Shown one piece after another: positions 47,620 to 56,563 of a stretch of DNA of 64,000 nucleotides. The first letter of the stretch is position 1, and every line of letters begins with the position of its first letter. The DNA comes from Longimicrobiales bacterium (GTDB lineage Bacteria; Gemmatimonadota; Gemmatimonadetes; Longimicrobiales; Gaopeijiaceae), in assembly GCA_965218295.1 (NCBI GenBank), contig CBDCKN010000003.1:480001-544000 (forward strand), given 5' to 3'. The notes under the pieces were generated by a model. It made no database searches. It saw nothing but the letters and a program-made list of their open reading frames with translations, and had not been told where the DNA came from. The translations under genes and the position numbers were made by a program.

Positions 47620-48783
47620 TCAGCCGCGAATTCTCCGGCGTCTCTCGAGCGCCTTCCTGAGCTGTCCCTCGTCCGGCCGCTGGTAGCACTGGAGCACGGT
47701 TTGGGCCGTCTTCCAGCCGCCGAGTTCGCAGAGCACCTTGAGCGGCTGGTCCATGAGATCCGAAGCGAACTTCCGCCTCAGGGAGTGCCAGCCTCTGCCG
47801 GGCTTCGGGTCGAGTCCCGCGAGGTTCTGGGCGTTCTTCCACCAAACGCGCGCCAGTGCGGAGCCCACGCACGCCGAGGGATTCCTGGCCGCGGGCAGCA
47901 ACGGCGTGTCTCCGATCCCGGGGTTCCTCTTTCGCGCCTCTTCCAGGGCGGCGATCGCCTCGGCGGTCACCGGCGTCCGGTGTTCGTAGCCCGACTTGTC
48001 GTGCTCCGCGCGCCACCGCACCACCCCGCGTTCAAGGTCGATGTCCGACCACCGGAGCTGGCGGATGGCACCGATGCGGTGACCCGTCTCGTGCGCGACC
48101 ACCAGCGCGACACGAAACCGCCAGTCGATCTGGCAGGACACCTTGAGAAGCACCTGGTACTCCTCCTCGGCAAGGACGACCCGGACCGGGTTCTTCTCCT
48201 TGGGCGCCTTGAGGCCCTTCAGCGGGTTCGAGTCAAGCAACAGGCGGCCATGCTCGTCCCTCGACTTCGCAGCCCAGTTGAGGACCGCGATCAAGAACTT
48301 CAGGTCGTATTCGATCGTCCGGTCGGACACCGGCCTACCGCTCGGGCCGACCTTGCCCGACCGCCGCGCCCGGATGAACCGGTCCCAGTCGCGCTGGGAG
48401 AACGAAGCGGGTTTACGGTCCCTGCCGAAGCACCCGAGGAACATCCTCGTCGCGGCCCGGTCGTGCATCCGGGACCGCTCACTCTTGGTGGGCGTCACCT
48501 CTTCACCATAGATGTCAAAAAGCGTCCCCAGCGTGAGCGGCTCGGGCTCGGCTTCGGCCTTGCCATGCATCTCCGGCCCGGCGAAGCCCACGGCGAACTC
48601 GTCCGCCTGCTTCTTCGCCCGTGCCCATTCCCGGTGCTTGAGCGACCTGCTGAGCCTGCGCCCGTTCGCGCGCCACTCGATCTGGAACAAGCCGGTCTTG
48701 GGATCGGGAAAGACCCGTACCCGGTTCCGGCCCCATTCGCCAGCGGCGTAGCTGCGCTGGCTTCGTTTCGTGCGTGCCATCAT
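47620..48783 (-). CDS. Tyrosine recombinase/integrase
   Basis: TGHRIG (R), K, HSLRR (H..R), LGGW and CY(Q) catalytic residues. Confidence 0.9.
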   Translation of the reverse strand: MMARTKRSQRSYAAGEWGRNRVRVFPDPKTGLFQIEWRANGRRLSRSLKHREWARAKKQADEFAVGFAGPEMHGKAEAEPEPLTLGTLFDIYGEEVTPTKSERSRMHDRAATRMFLGCFGRDRKPASFSQRDWDRFIRARRSGKVGPSGRPVSDRTIEYDLKFLIAVLNWAAKSRDEHGRLLLDSNPLKGLKAPKEKNPVRVVLAEEEYQVLLKVSCQIDWRFRVALVVAHETGHRIGAIRQLRWSDIDLERGVVRWRAEHDKSGYEHRTPVTAEAIAALEEARKRNPGIGDTPLLPAARNPSACVGSALARVWWKNAQNLAGLDPKPGRGWHSLRRKFASDLMDQPLKVLCELGGWKTAQTVLQCYQRPDEGQLRKALERRRRIRG

Positions 48784-48849
48784 TCGATTGGCGATTGTAT
48801 ATATCTTGCACGGCTGTCCCTATCGCAGTATATTGATTGTATGGCATCG

Positions 48850-49011
48850 TTACTCGGTTTTCGGCTCTTTCGGCTCGCTTTCCTGAGCCACGCGTTTCAA
48901 CTCCTTCACGACGCGTTTGCTGAACACCTTCTGCATGATCTCGTCTCCCGTGAGTTTGCTCACGTCCTTGGGGAGCCGGTCCTTCTCTCTGCGCTTGGTG
49001 GAATCAACCAT
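48850..49011 (-). CDS. Small basic ORF inside the IS, divergent from the transposase
   Basis: 53 aa, MVDSTKRREK...LTGDEIMQKVFSKRVVKELKR. Its start overlaps the transposase ATG (CATG). Confidence 0.5.
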   Translation of the reverse strand: MVDSTKRREKDRLPKDVSKLTGDEIMQKVFSKRVVKELKRVAQESEPKEPKTE

Positions 49012-49921
49012 GTCTAGCACCGCCAATATCAATCTGATGTCGTTGATGGATCGCTTCGGAACCGAAGAGACCTGCCGGGAATACCTCGAAAAGCTGCGCT
49101 GGCCGTCTGGTGTCGCCTGCCCGCGTTGCGGTGACATGTCCGTATCCGAGATCACCACTCGGGACCAGTTCGATTGCAACGGATGCCGCTACCGCTTCTC
49201 TGTGACCTCGGGGACGATCTTCGACAACACCAAGCTTCCTCTGCGGAAGTGGTTCGTGGCCATGTACCTGATGATCGAGTCTAAGAAGGGGATCAGCGCG
49301 AACCAGATGAAGCGCACCCTCGGAGTCTCCTACAAGACCGCTTGGCACCTCTGTCACCGCATCCGTGAGGCCATGACTACCGACCGCTTCGAGGGACCGA
49401 CGCTGTTCGGGATCATCGAAGTGGACGAGACGTTTGTCGGTGGTCGCCAGCGAGGCAAGGGCAGAGGACCCTACTCGACGACCAACAAGTCCATCGTCGT
49501 GGGTGCCGTGCAGCGTGACGGGCGCGTCCGCCTGGAGCGCATCCCGAACACGAAACGGGCCACCTTGGACGACTTCATCAAGCGCACCGTCACCGATGAA
49601 GCCCTCGCCATCTACACCGACGAGTTTCCGGCCTACCGTGGCCTCGGGGACCGTATGGGCATCGAGCATGACACCGTGCAGCACAACCTCGACGAATGGG
49701 TCGTGGGCGATGTCCACACGAACAGCGTCGAAGGCATGTGGAGCCTGTTCAAGCGTTCCGTCATGGGTGCCTTCCACAAGATCAGCGTGAAGCATATGGA
49801 CCGTTACCTCGAAGAGCTTGAATGGCGCTTCAACAACAGGGATAACCCGCTCATTTTCCGGGATCTTCTTCTTCGGATTCTTGACGGGAAGGCTCTTCGC
49901 TATCGAAGCTTGACGGCATAG
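49010..49921 (+). CDS. IS1595-family DDE transposase
   Basis: Zn ribbon CPRC..CNGC, HTH, EVDETFVGG, IYTDE, HTNSVEGMWS and YLEE. Confidence 0.95.
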   Translation: MSSTANINLMSLMDRFGTEETCREYLEKLRWPSGVACPRCGDMSVSEITTRDQFDCNGCRYRFSVTSGTIFDNTKLPLRKWFVAMYLMIESKKGISANQMKRTLGVSYKTAWHLCHRIREAMTTDRFEGPTLFGIIEVDETFVGGRQRGKGRGPYSTTNKSIVVGAVQRDGRVRLERIPNTKRATLDDFIKRTVTDEALAIYTDEFPAYRGLGDRMGIEHDTVQHNLDEWVVGDVHTNSVEGMWSLFKRSVMGAFHKISVKHMDRYLEELEWRFNNRDNPLIFRDLLLRILDGKALRYRSLTA

Positions 49922-51329
49922 CCAGCCGCTTCAATGACTCCTGAATAAGCTCAAAGTCCTTCACGTAGCCCGGACCGCTTGCGTTATACGCTCGGCTCTT
50001 CTCCAAGAGCGTATCTTTGGCCTCATCCACTTTGGCACGACTAGCACCCCCCGTCTCCACCTCCGCAACGACATCGACGAAGTGATCGCGGGCTCGCTTC
50101 AACTGCTCCGCCGGTGGGTAGACAGAGAGGTCGCCCAACTCAAGCGCCTTCAGGGACTCTTCGTACTCGCCGCCCGATTTCCCGAGGACGGCCCCAAGAT
50201 CAACCCCCAATTGCTTCGCAGCCCGCTTGATATCGCGTCGCAAGAGGCCGCGCATGTGTCCATGGGAACCCACAGCAATCAGGTCAACGGGGCCGTACTT
50301 CTTCTCGACCGCCTCTATCGTTTCCTCGCTCAGGAAGGGCTTCATCTCAGGGTAGTGTTCCCCGTACATGAAGCTCAGTCGCTCCATGAGCAGACCAGCG
50401 TCTACGGGGTTCAGTGGTGCCTTCACGGCCCCCCACCAGGCCCTTAGCCGCTCCTCACGGTCTACCAGGCCCATCTCGCGGATGTCGCCCGGAACGGGGA
50501 TTAAGACAACACCCCGGTTGGGGGCGTCAGGAATAGAATCGGGATCGACTTCAATCCCATGGTCGTTCTTCAGGTGGCGGACCAGTAGACTCTTGTCGAG
50601 GTTCTTGAACGGGCATTGCCCGCACTCGTAGTTGGGATACTGATTCCAACGGGAAACCCTGTAGGGTGCCGTCTCGGGATGAACTGTTGTTGACGCCTTC
50701 TCAGATGCAAGCGGCGAGGCGAGACTCGGTAGAGGCGGTAGCCGAGTCCGCGCATACCAAGGGGTGCGCCATTCTTCCCACCGCCATCCCGCGTGATATC
50801 GGCGATGGTGGCAGGAGAAAAAGAAAGTGCACTGGACGGCACGTATGTTCTCGCCCGTAACCCGTAGCGTAATGAGGGTTATGCCCCCCTCCCAGATTTT
50901 GTGAGGGCCGAGGCGGGCCACCGGATGCGGGAAGTCAGCGCACACCACTTCGATCCCTGGGTCGTCATCAGCGACAATATCGAGTAGATCGCCGCCCGTG
51001 TCTTGCCAGTGCAGGCGGATTGTTGGGATATCGGAGCGGCGGTGGACACCACCTGGCCTAATCTCACGAACGGACACAACACGCACGGCACATTTCTTTG
51101 CAGCCACCCGACCCTTGTTGTGGATCTTTACGCGAGCCCGGAAACCCTGGCTTGCATCGTAGCGTGGCTTGGGGCGCACGATGGGCCGATATGCACGAAG
51201 CGACTCCGCGATTCCCAAAGCGCCGCCCACGAGAAGGGTTGCCCCAAGGATGCCAAAACCAGCTATCACGGCAGCTCCGGCGGCGCACACGGCGCTCCAG
51301 AGAGTGATATGCCCGGTCTTGTCTTCCAT
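49851..51329 (-). CDS. IS passenger protein (492 aa) with an N-terminal TM region and a C2H2 zinc finger
   Basis: Long ORF within the TIRs containing YECGQCPFKNLDKSLLVRHLKNDH (C-x2-C-x12-H-x4-H). Confidence 0.65.
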   Translation of the reverse strand: MEDKTGHITLWSAVCAAGAAVIAGFGILGATLLVGGALGIAESLRAYRPIVRPKPRYDASQGFRARVKIHNKGRVAAKKCAVRVVSVREIRPGGVHRRSDIPTIRLHWQDTGGDLLDIVADDDPGIEVVCADFPHPVARLGPHKIWEGGITLITLRVTGENIRAVQCTFFFSCHHRRYHAGWRWEEWRTPWYARTRLPPLPSLASPLASEKASTTVHPETAPYRVSRWNQYPNYECGQCPFKNLDKSLLVRHLKNDHGIEVDPDSIPDAPNRGVVLIPVPGDIREMGLVDREERLRAWWGAVKAPLNPVDAGLLMERLSFMYGEHYPEMKPFLSEETIEAVEKKYGPVDLIAVGSHGHMRGLLRRDIKRAAKQLGVDLGAVLGKSGGEYEESLKALELGDLSVYPPAEQLKRARDHFVDVVAEVETGGASRAKVDEAKDTLLEKSRAYNASGPGYVKDFELIQESLKRLAMPSSFDSEEPSRQESEEEDPGK

Positions 51330-51765
51330 GCACCGGAAGCTAACTGATGCGCAGTATCCCGTGCAACAGGGTTACAATCACCATTCGATTCCTCTCTCGA
51401 TGATGGACTGCACGATCTGCGCATCGGAAACTTGGGGTGCGAACGGCTTCTTGACCAGTGGCGTCGGCGGGCTCATGGACGTTGGGCTGCCTGTTCGGCC
51501 CACGAGGGCGAACACCCGAAGGCCGGTCCCAGTCCTTGACCCGCCGAGCCGGATGCTTCGCGACTCGCGAGTTCGGGAAGGCCATCGGTCACCTGGGACG
51601 GGCGCGTCCCGGACTTGGCGGCTTGGGCTGTGGCCCGAGCCATCGGGGGTACCCCGGCCTTGCTCGGTGATGCCCGGCTGCCAGACGGCCGGCCGGCCGG
51701 CGAACGGGTGATCCGCCGCCTCGAAGCGGCGCTCAAACCGCCTTCCCGCGTAGGGATTGATGGAT

Positions 51766-51889
51766 CGGGAGCGACCCCAAGGGACGGGGGCAGGGGTGTG
51801 AAAACACACCTGCCTCCGAACCCGTACCAGGCCCTCGGACTGGGGGGTCGCTCCCGTCCCGGTCAGTGCTGCCCGTGCGGCGCTGACCG
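51766..51889 (+). ncRNA. Candidate structured RNA/DNA element: three-way junction plus hairpin
   Basis: 13-bp P1 (51766-78/51844-56), long P2 capped by GAAA (51781-51823), P3 (51827-43) and a 13-bp hairpin (51860-89). Confidence 0.4.
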
Positions 51890-51927
51890 ACCCGGCCGCG
51901 AAGGCGCAAGACGCGCTAATTCAATTG

Positions 51928-52007
51928 TAAGTTGTTGTTATATAATGATTTACTACTGACCAGTCTCACCACATTCCCTCATTAAATCCCTCTTCTGCGG
52001 CGGGAAT
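51928..52007. promoter_or_regulatory. att-like region with an IHF-like site and arm-type repeats
   Basis: TAAGTTGTTGTTA has 1 mismatch to YAANNNNTTGATW in an AT-rich patch. Tandem attccctc/aatccctc at 51973-51992 and GGCGGGAAT at 51999-52007. Confidence 0.5.
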
Positions 52008-52099
52008 TCATGGGGCAGTCCAAGACGTCTTCGGACGCGTGGGCGGTTGTTGAGCGTCAACCCCCGCACCCCTGCCACGATTGAACCCGCTTGCTCGCT

Positions 52100-52446
52100 T
52101 GCCGCTTGGCATGGCCGCTGCGTCTTCCCGAACGCGCGCCATCCGCACCGCAACCCACTGATGAGCGAGTCTGTGCGGGGCGTTACGGGCCTTGGACATC
52201 CCCCCGGACCGGATGACGATGCACGGCTTCCGGGCGATGGCAAGAACCATTCTCGACGAGATGTTGGGCTTTCGGCCCGACATCATCGAGCACCAGCTGG
52301 CACATGCGGTGCGGGATCCAAATGGACGGGCCTACAACCGCACGGCATTCCTGCCCGAGAGGCGGTGGATGATGGGACAGTGGGCGGACTACTTGGACCG
52401 ACTCAGGGCCGGTGAAGGGGCCCCCGCCCCTGCGACTGCGTCGTAA
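52100..52446 (+). pseudogene. C-terminal remnant of a P4-like integrase
   Basis: HGRCVFPNAR...MSE, then in another frame HGFRAMARTILDE, IEHQLAH, AYNR and MMGQWADYLD. Confidence 0.85.
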
Positions 52447-52499
52447 GGCTTCGGAAACCCCACGGGTCCTCCCCCCAGCCGGGCCGACCACGCGCAGGG

Positions 52500-52770
52500 C
52501 GGTCGAAGCGTACCTTCACCTGGACCGAGGGGGACGCTGGGGTGACGGTGCCCGCTCCTGCGGTGACGTCTGACACAGCCCGGGTAACCGACACTGCCGA
52601 GCTATTCGGCCGTGGCAGTGGCAGCGAGGCTCACTGGCGGGTGGATTCTTGGACGTCCCCTCGTCGCGGTGATCGCCGCCACTCGTGCTGCGCCCCCGTC
52701 ATCCGGACCCGTAGCGCTGACCGTTGCCACCGAGGGGTCGCTGGACCGTAAAAACCAATAGGCGAAGGAA
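52500..52770 (-). pseudogene. Possible remnant of a bacterial Ig-like (Big_2) domain protein
   Basis: SSDPSVATVSATG is typical of Big_2 repeats. The frames are broken. Confidence 0.35.
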
Positions 52771-53084
52771 GAGCTCGTAGGTGCGGATCTCCAGAGCGCA
52801 ATTTCCGATGAGCAGCCGACGCCGTATGGGCGCAACACTCAGCGTGCGGCAATCCAGGGCGGTCGTTTCCGTGATGCTTGGCTTGGAGTTTCTAGTCCCG
52901 ACGGCGTGCCGGTCTTTGCCGCGCGGACGTGCCGCAGGTTGGCCACGCAGTAGAATGGTGGGAGGTTAGAGTCGCATCTTCAGTTGACGACATTAGAACG
53001 GGGAAGAGTTTCACGATGGCGCAGGCGATCTTCAGGTCCCACAGCCAATCTCAATCCCGCGCGGTCTGAGAACAGGAAGTAGAT

Positions 53085-56000
53085 GTGCTGAGTGCTGAAG
53101 TGCCCATCCGCGAAGGACAGGTCCTCACCGGACCCCTGTTCAGTGAGCCCATGCAGGTGGAGACGGTTCGCGCCAACGGTCCCGGCGTCTGGGTGGCAGG
53201 CCTTGTGGGCCAGCGTTCAGAGCGGTTCCGGCGAGTCACACTCACGTCCGCTGACATTGCGAAGCTAAGCATCGCCGACTCTGCTCTATCCTACGATGGC
53301 GATGGACGGCTATTGCGGATCGCCCTCCAGGCCTATTCGCTGGGCATTGCCTGGGAGTTCGATCCCTATTTCGGACTTTCCATCTCTCGTGTGGACCCGC
53401 TGCCGCACCAGCTTGAAGCGGTCTACGAGCACCTTCTCAAGCTGCCCAGCGTGCGTTTCCTGCTTGCTGACGACGCGGGTGCAGGCAAGACCATCATGGC
53501 CGGCCTCCTGGTCCGTGAACTGAAGCTGCGGGGCCTAATTGAACGAGTACTTGTGGTCTGTCCCGCGAACCTGTCGTTTCAGTGGCAGAGGGAGCTGAAA
53601 GAGAAGTTCGACGAGAAGTTCGTCGTGCTGAAGGGCAGCGACATCCGCGATCAGTTCGGGGTCAACCAGTGGATGGAGCAGAAGCAGATCATCACGTCGC
53701 TCGACCTCGCCAAGCGCACGGAGATTTTTCCTGGCGTACAGCAGGTACACTGGGATCTGGTGATCGTCGACGAGGCGCACCGCATGTCGGCACGTGACGA
53801 GAGCCATAAGAGCCAACGCTACAGGCTCGGGGAGATGCTGCGCGACAGCACCGATCATTTCCTGCTGTTGACCGCCACCCCGCACAAGGGCGACCCAGAG
53901 AACTTCACGCTGTTCCTGCAGCTGCTTGACCGGGACGCCTACGCCGACGTGAAGTCGATCCACGAAGCCATGGATCGGAGGCGGGCGCCCTTCTACCTGC
54001 GGCGCACCAAGGAGGCGATGGTCTATTTTCCGGAGCGCCAGGCCGACGGAGCGTGGACCGCGAAGCCGGTGTTCACCAAGCGCATCCCGCGCACAGCTGC
54101 CTTCGCCATCGATGGCCCGGAGTTCGAGCTCTACCAGAAGATCACCCGGTTCGTGAAACGGCAGAGTGCCCGTGCAGCGGCGGAGGGCGACGATCCACGG
54201 GCTCGCGCGGTCGGCTTCTTGATGTCGCTATATCAGCGGCGCCTGGCCTCAAGTACGTACGCCATGCGGCGGTCGCTCGAGAATCGAGTGAGGCGGCTAG
54301 AGGAGGGTCTCAAGCGGGCCCAGGATCTGGTGCGTATGGCGCCGCCGGACCTACCCGACTGGGAAGAGCTCGAGGAGTTCGAGGAAGCCGAGCGTGAGCG
54401 TCTGGAGCGAATGCTGGAAGCGGTCACGTTGGCCGGCAACGCCGAGCAGGTACGTGAAGAGGTGGCCGAGCTGCTAGGGCTGGCCGAAGAGGCGAAGGCC
54501 GTCGAAGGCTCGGCCAACGAGGCGAAACTCGGACATCTTCATAAGATCATGCAGGATGAGGGATTCTTCGACCGCCCGGACCAGCGACTGCTGCTCTTCA
54601 CCGAGTTCAAGGACACCCTAGACCACTTGATGGAGCAGTTGAAGGCGTGGGGCTTCAGCGTGGGCTGCATCCACGGCAGCATGAAGCCTGGCTCACGCGA
54701 CGAACCGGGGAGTCGGCTCTACACGGAACAGCAGTTCCGCGAAGGTGCCATCCAGGTGCTAGTGGCGACCGAGGCGGCCGGTGAAGGCATCAACCTTCAG
54801 TGCTGTCACATCCTATTTAACTACGACATCCCATGGAATCCGAATCGGCTCGAACAGCGCATGGGCCGCATCCACCGCTACGGACAGCAACACGACTGCC
54901 TGATCTTCAACTTCGTTGCGACCAACACCATCGAAGGGCGGGTGCTGCAACGCCTCCTGGACAAGCTCCAGGAGATCCGCGATGCCCTCGATGACGATGC
55001 AGTATTCAACGTCGTGGGCGAGATCTTGCCCTCCGCTCACCTGGAGCGTGTGCTGCGGGACTATTACGCAGGCAAGCTGGGTGACGCCGACCTCGAGGAG
55101 CGGCTGCTCAAGGATGTGGATGAACGTCATTTCCGAGCCATTTGTCAGACAGCGCTGGAGGGCTTGGCAGCGAAGAAGCTCAACCTGGACATGCTCACTG
55201 AGCGGCGGGCCCGGGCCCAAGAGCGACGTGTTGTTCCCGAGAGCATTGCTCGGTTCATCAAGGAATCGGCTCAAGATGCGGCCTTCGCCTTGAAGCCGGC
55301 GAGGGATCTAGCTCATACGTTTCAGCCGGGTCGGACACCGCCCAGCCTGAGAAAGTATGAGCGTGAGCCGGACTGGCGGCTCACCGACTTGGCGAATCGC
55401 TATCCGCGCCTGTCGACCGACCGCGAGACTGCCGAGAAACACAATCTCGAATGGGTGACGCCCGGACATGCGCTATTCGAGGCTCTACGCCGGCATAGTC
55501 TCGACCGCGGCCTGGAAGCCTTCGCCAGGGGCGCCTGCTTCCACTCGCTGGCGCACGACGCGCCAGCGCGGCTCGATTTCTACCGGGCGCGTGTCGTGGA
55601 CGGTCTCGGTCAGGTCATCCACGAGCGACTGTTTACCGTGGAGCTGACGGCCGACCGGTCGCCCCGCCTCCGTGAGCCGGATGTACTCGGTGACATGAGT
55701 CCCACCGTCTTGTCCGATGATCTACCGCCCGTGGCCACCCTCGCGGAGCCGACTGCTTGGCTCAACGAGAATGCCCTGGTGCCCTTTATCGAAGAGGTTC
55801 GCGCCGAACGGCTGGCCGAAGTCGAGCGCATCGGCGAACACGTTGAGCTCTCCTTGACCGAGGTTCTACAGCGGATCGACGAGGAGATCGGCCGTGCCGC
55901 AGATGAAGTAGCTAACGAGATCACAGGCGCGGAGGGGCGCCTTACACAGGCAGAAACCCGCCACACGGAGGTGTTGGTGCGGCGCGAACGCCGGCGCGAA

Positions 56001-56495
56001 GAACTCAAGCGGCAGCGGGCCGTGACACTGCAGGGTGTCGAGCGGCTGGCGAGCGTACTCATCCTGCCCCATCCGGAAGGCAGCATCCTCGATGTCCGAC
56101 GGCTACGCCCCCATCCCGAAACCGAGATGACTGCCATGCGGGTGGTCATGGAGTATGAGACTGCGCAAGGACGCCAGGTCTATGACGTCCATGAGAAGAA
56201 CCTGGGCTACGACGTGACCAGCCTTGATCTCCAGTCTGGTGAGCTGCGCCTGATCGAGGTAAAGGGTCTCGCGGCCGCCACCGGGAGCATCCTACTCACG
56301 CCGAACGAACGCCGCGTTGCCGAGGACCGTCCGGACTGTTTCTGGCTCTATGTGGTCACCAACTGTGCGAGCAGGCCTGAGCTCCGGGAGCCGATCAAAG
56401 ACCCGGCCCGCTTCCCCTGGCATGAGGTCACCAAGGTTCAACACTACTGGTTGGACGTCGATGCTATGACGCAGCCACCGAGAGAAAGAGGATAG
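53085..56495 (+). CDS. SNF2-family helicase with a C-terminal DUF3883 (PD-(D/E)XK) nuclease
   Basis: LADDAGAGKT, VDEAH, LTATPH, EGINLQ, QRMGRIHRYGQ and LGYDV...LIEVKG. Confidence 0.92.
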   Translation: MLSAEVPIREGQVLTGPLFSEPMQVETVRANGPGVWVAGLVGQRSERFRRVTLTSADIAKLSIADSALSYDGDGRLLRIALQAYSLGIAWEFDPYFGLSISRVDPLPHQLEAVYEHLLKLPSVRFLLADDAGAGKTIMAGLLVRELKLRGLIERVLVVCPANLSFQWQRELKEKFDEKFVVLKGSDIRDQFGVNQWMEQKQIITSLDLAKRTEIFPGVQQVHWDLVIVDEAHRMSARDESHKSQRYRLGEMLRDSTDHFLLLTATPHKGDPENFTLFLQLLDRDAYADVKSIHEAMDRRRAPFYLRRTKEAMVYFPERQADGAWTAKPVFTKRIPRTAAFAIDGPEFELYQKITRFVKRQSARAAAEGDDPRARAVGFLMSLYQRRLASSTYAMRRSLENRVRRLEEGLKRAQDLVRMAPPDLPDWEELEEFEEAERERLERMLEAVTLAGNAEQVREEVAELLGLAEEAKAVEGSANEAKLGHLHKIMQDEGFFDRPDQRLLLFTEFKDTLDHLMEQLKAWGFSVGCIHGSMKPGSRDEPGSRLYTEQQFREGAIQVLVATEAAGEGINLQCCHILFNYDIPWNPNRLEQRMGRIHRYGQQHDCLIFNFVATNTIEGRVLQRLLDKLQEIRDALDDDAVFNVVGEILPSAHLERVLRDYYAGKLGDADLEERLLKDVDERHFRAICQTALEGLAAKKLNLDMLTERRARAQERRVVPESIARFIKESAQDAAFALKPARDLAHTFQPGRTPPSLRKYEREPDWRLTDLANRYPRLSTDRETAEKHNLEWVTPGHALFEALRRHSLDRGLEAFARGACFHSLAHDAPARLDFYRARVVDGLGQVIHERLFTVELTADRSPRLREPDVLGDMSPTVLSDDLPPVATLAEPTAWLNENALVPFIEEVRAERLAEVERIGEHVELSLTEVLQRIDEEIGRAADEVANEITGAEGRLTQAETRHTEVLVRRERRREELKRQRAVTLQGVERLASVLILPHPEGSILDVRRLRPHPETEMTAMRVVMEYETAQGRQVYDVHEKNLGYDVTSLDLQSGELRLIEVKGLAAATGSILLTPNERRVAEDRPDCFWLYVVTNCASRPELREPIKDPARFPWHEVTKVQHYWLDVDAMTQPPRERG

Positions 56496-56563
56496 CTAGT
56501 GTCTGGATCCCTCATCGAATCAGTGGATGGATCAACCGACGGGCATCTCCCAGGAAAGGCCCA

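Larger units (their letters stand above)
48790..51382 (+). mobile_element. Complete IS1595-family element carrying cargo (2593 bp)
   Basis: Imperfect 24-bp TIRs at 48790-48813 and 51359-51382 (18/24 identical). An 8-bp target duplication ATTCGATT lies at 48782-48789 and 51383-51390. Confidence 0.92.
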
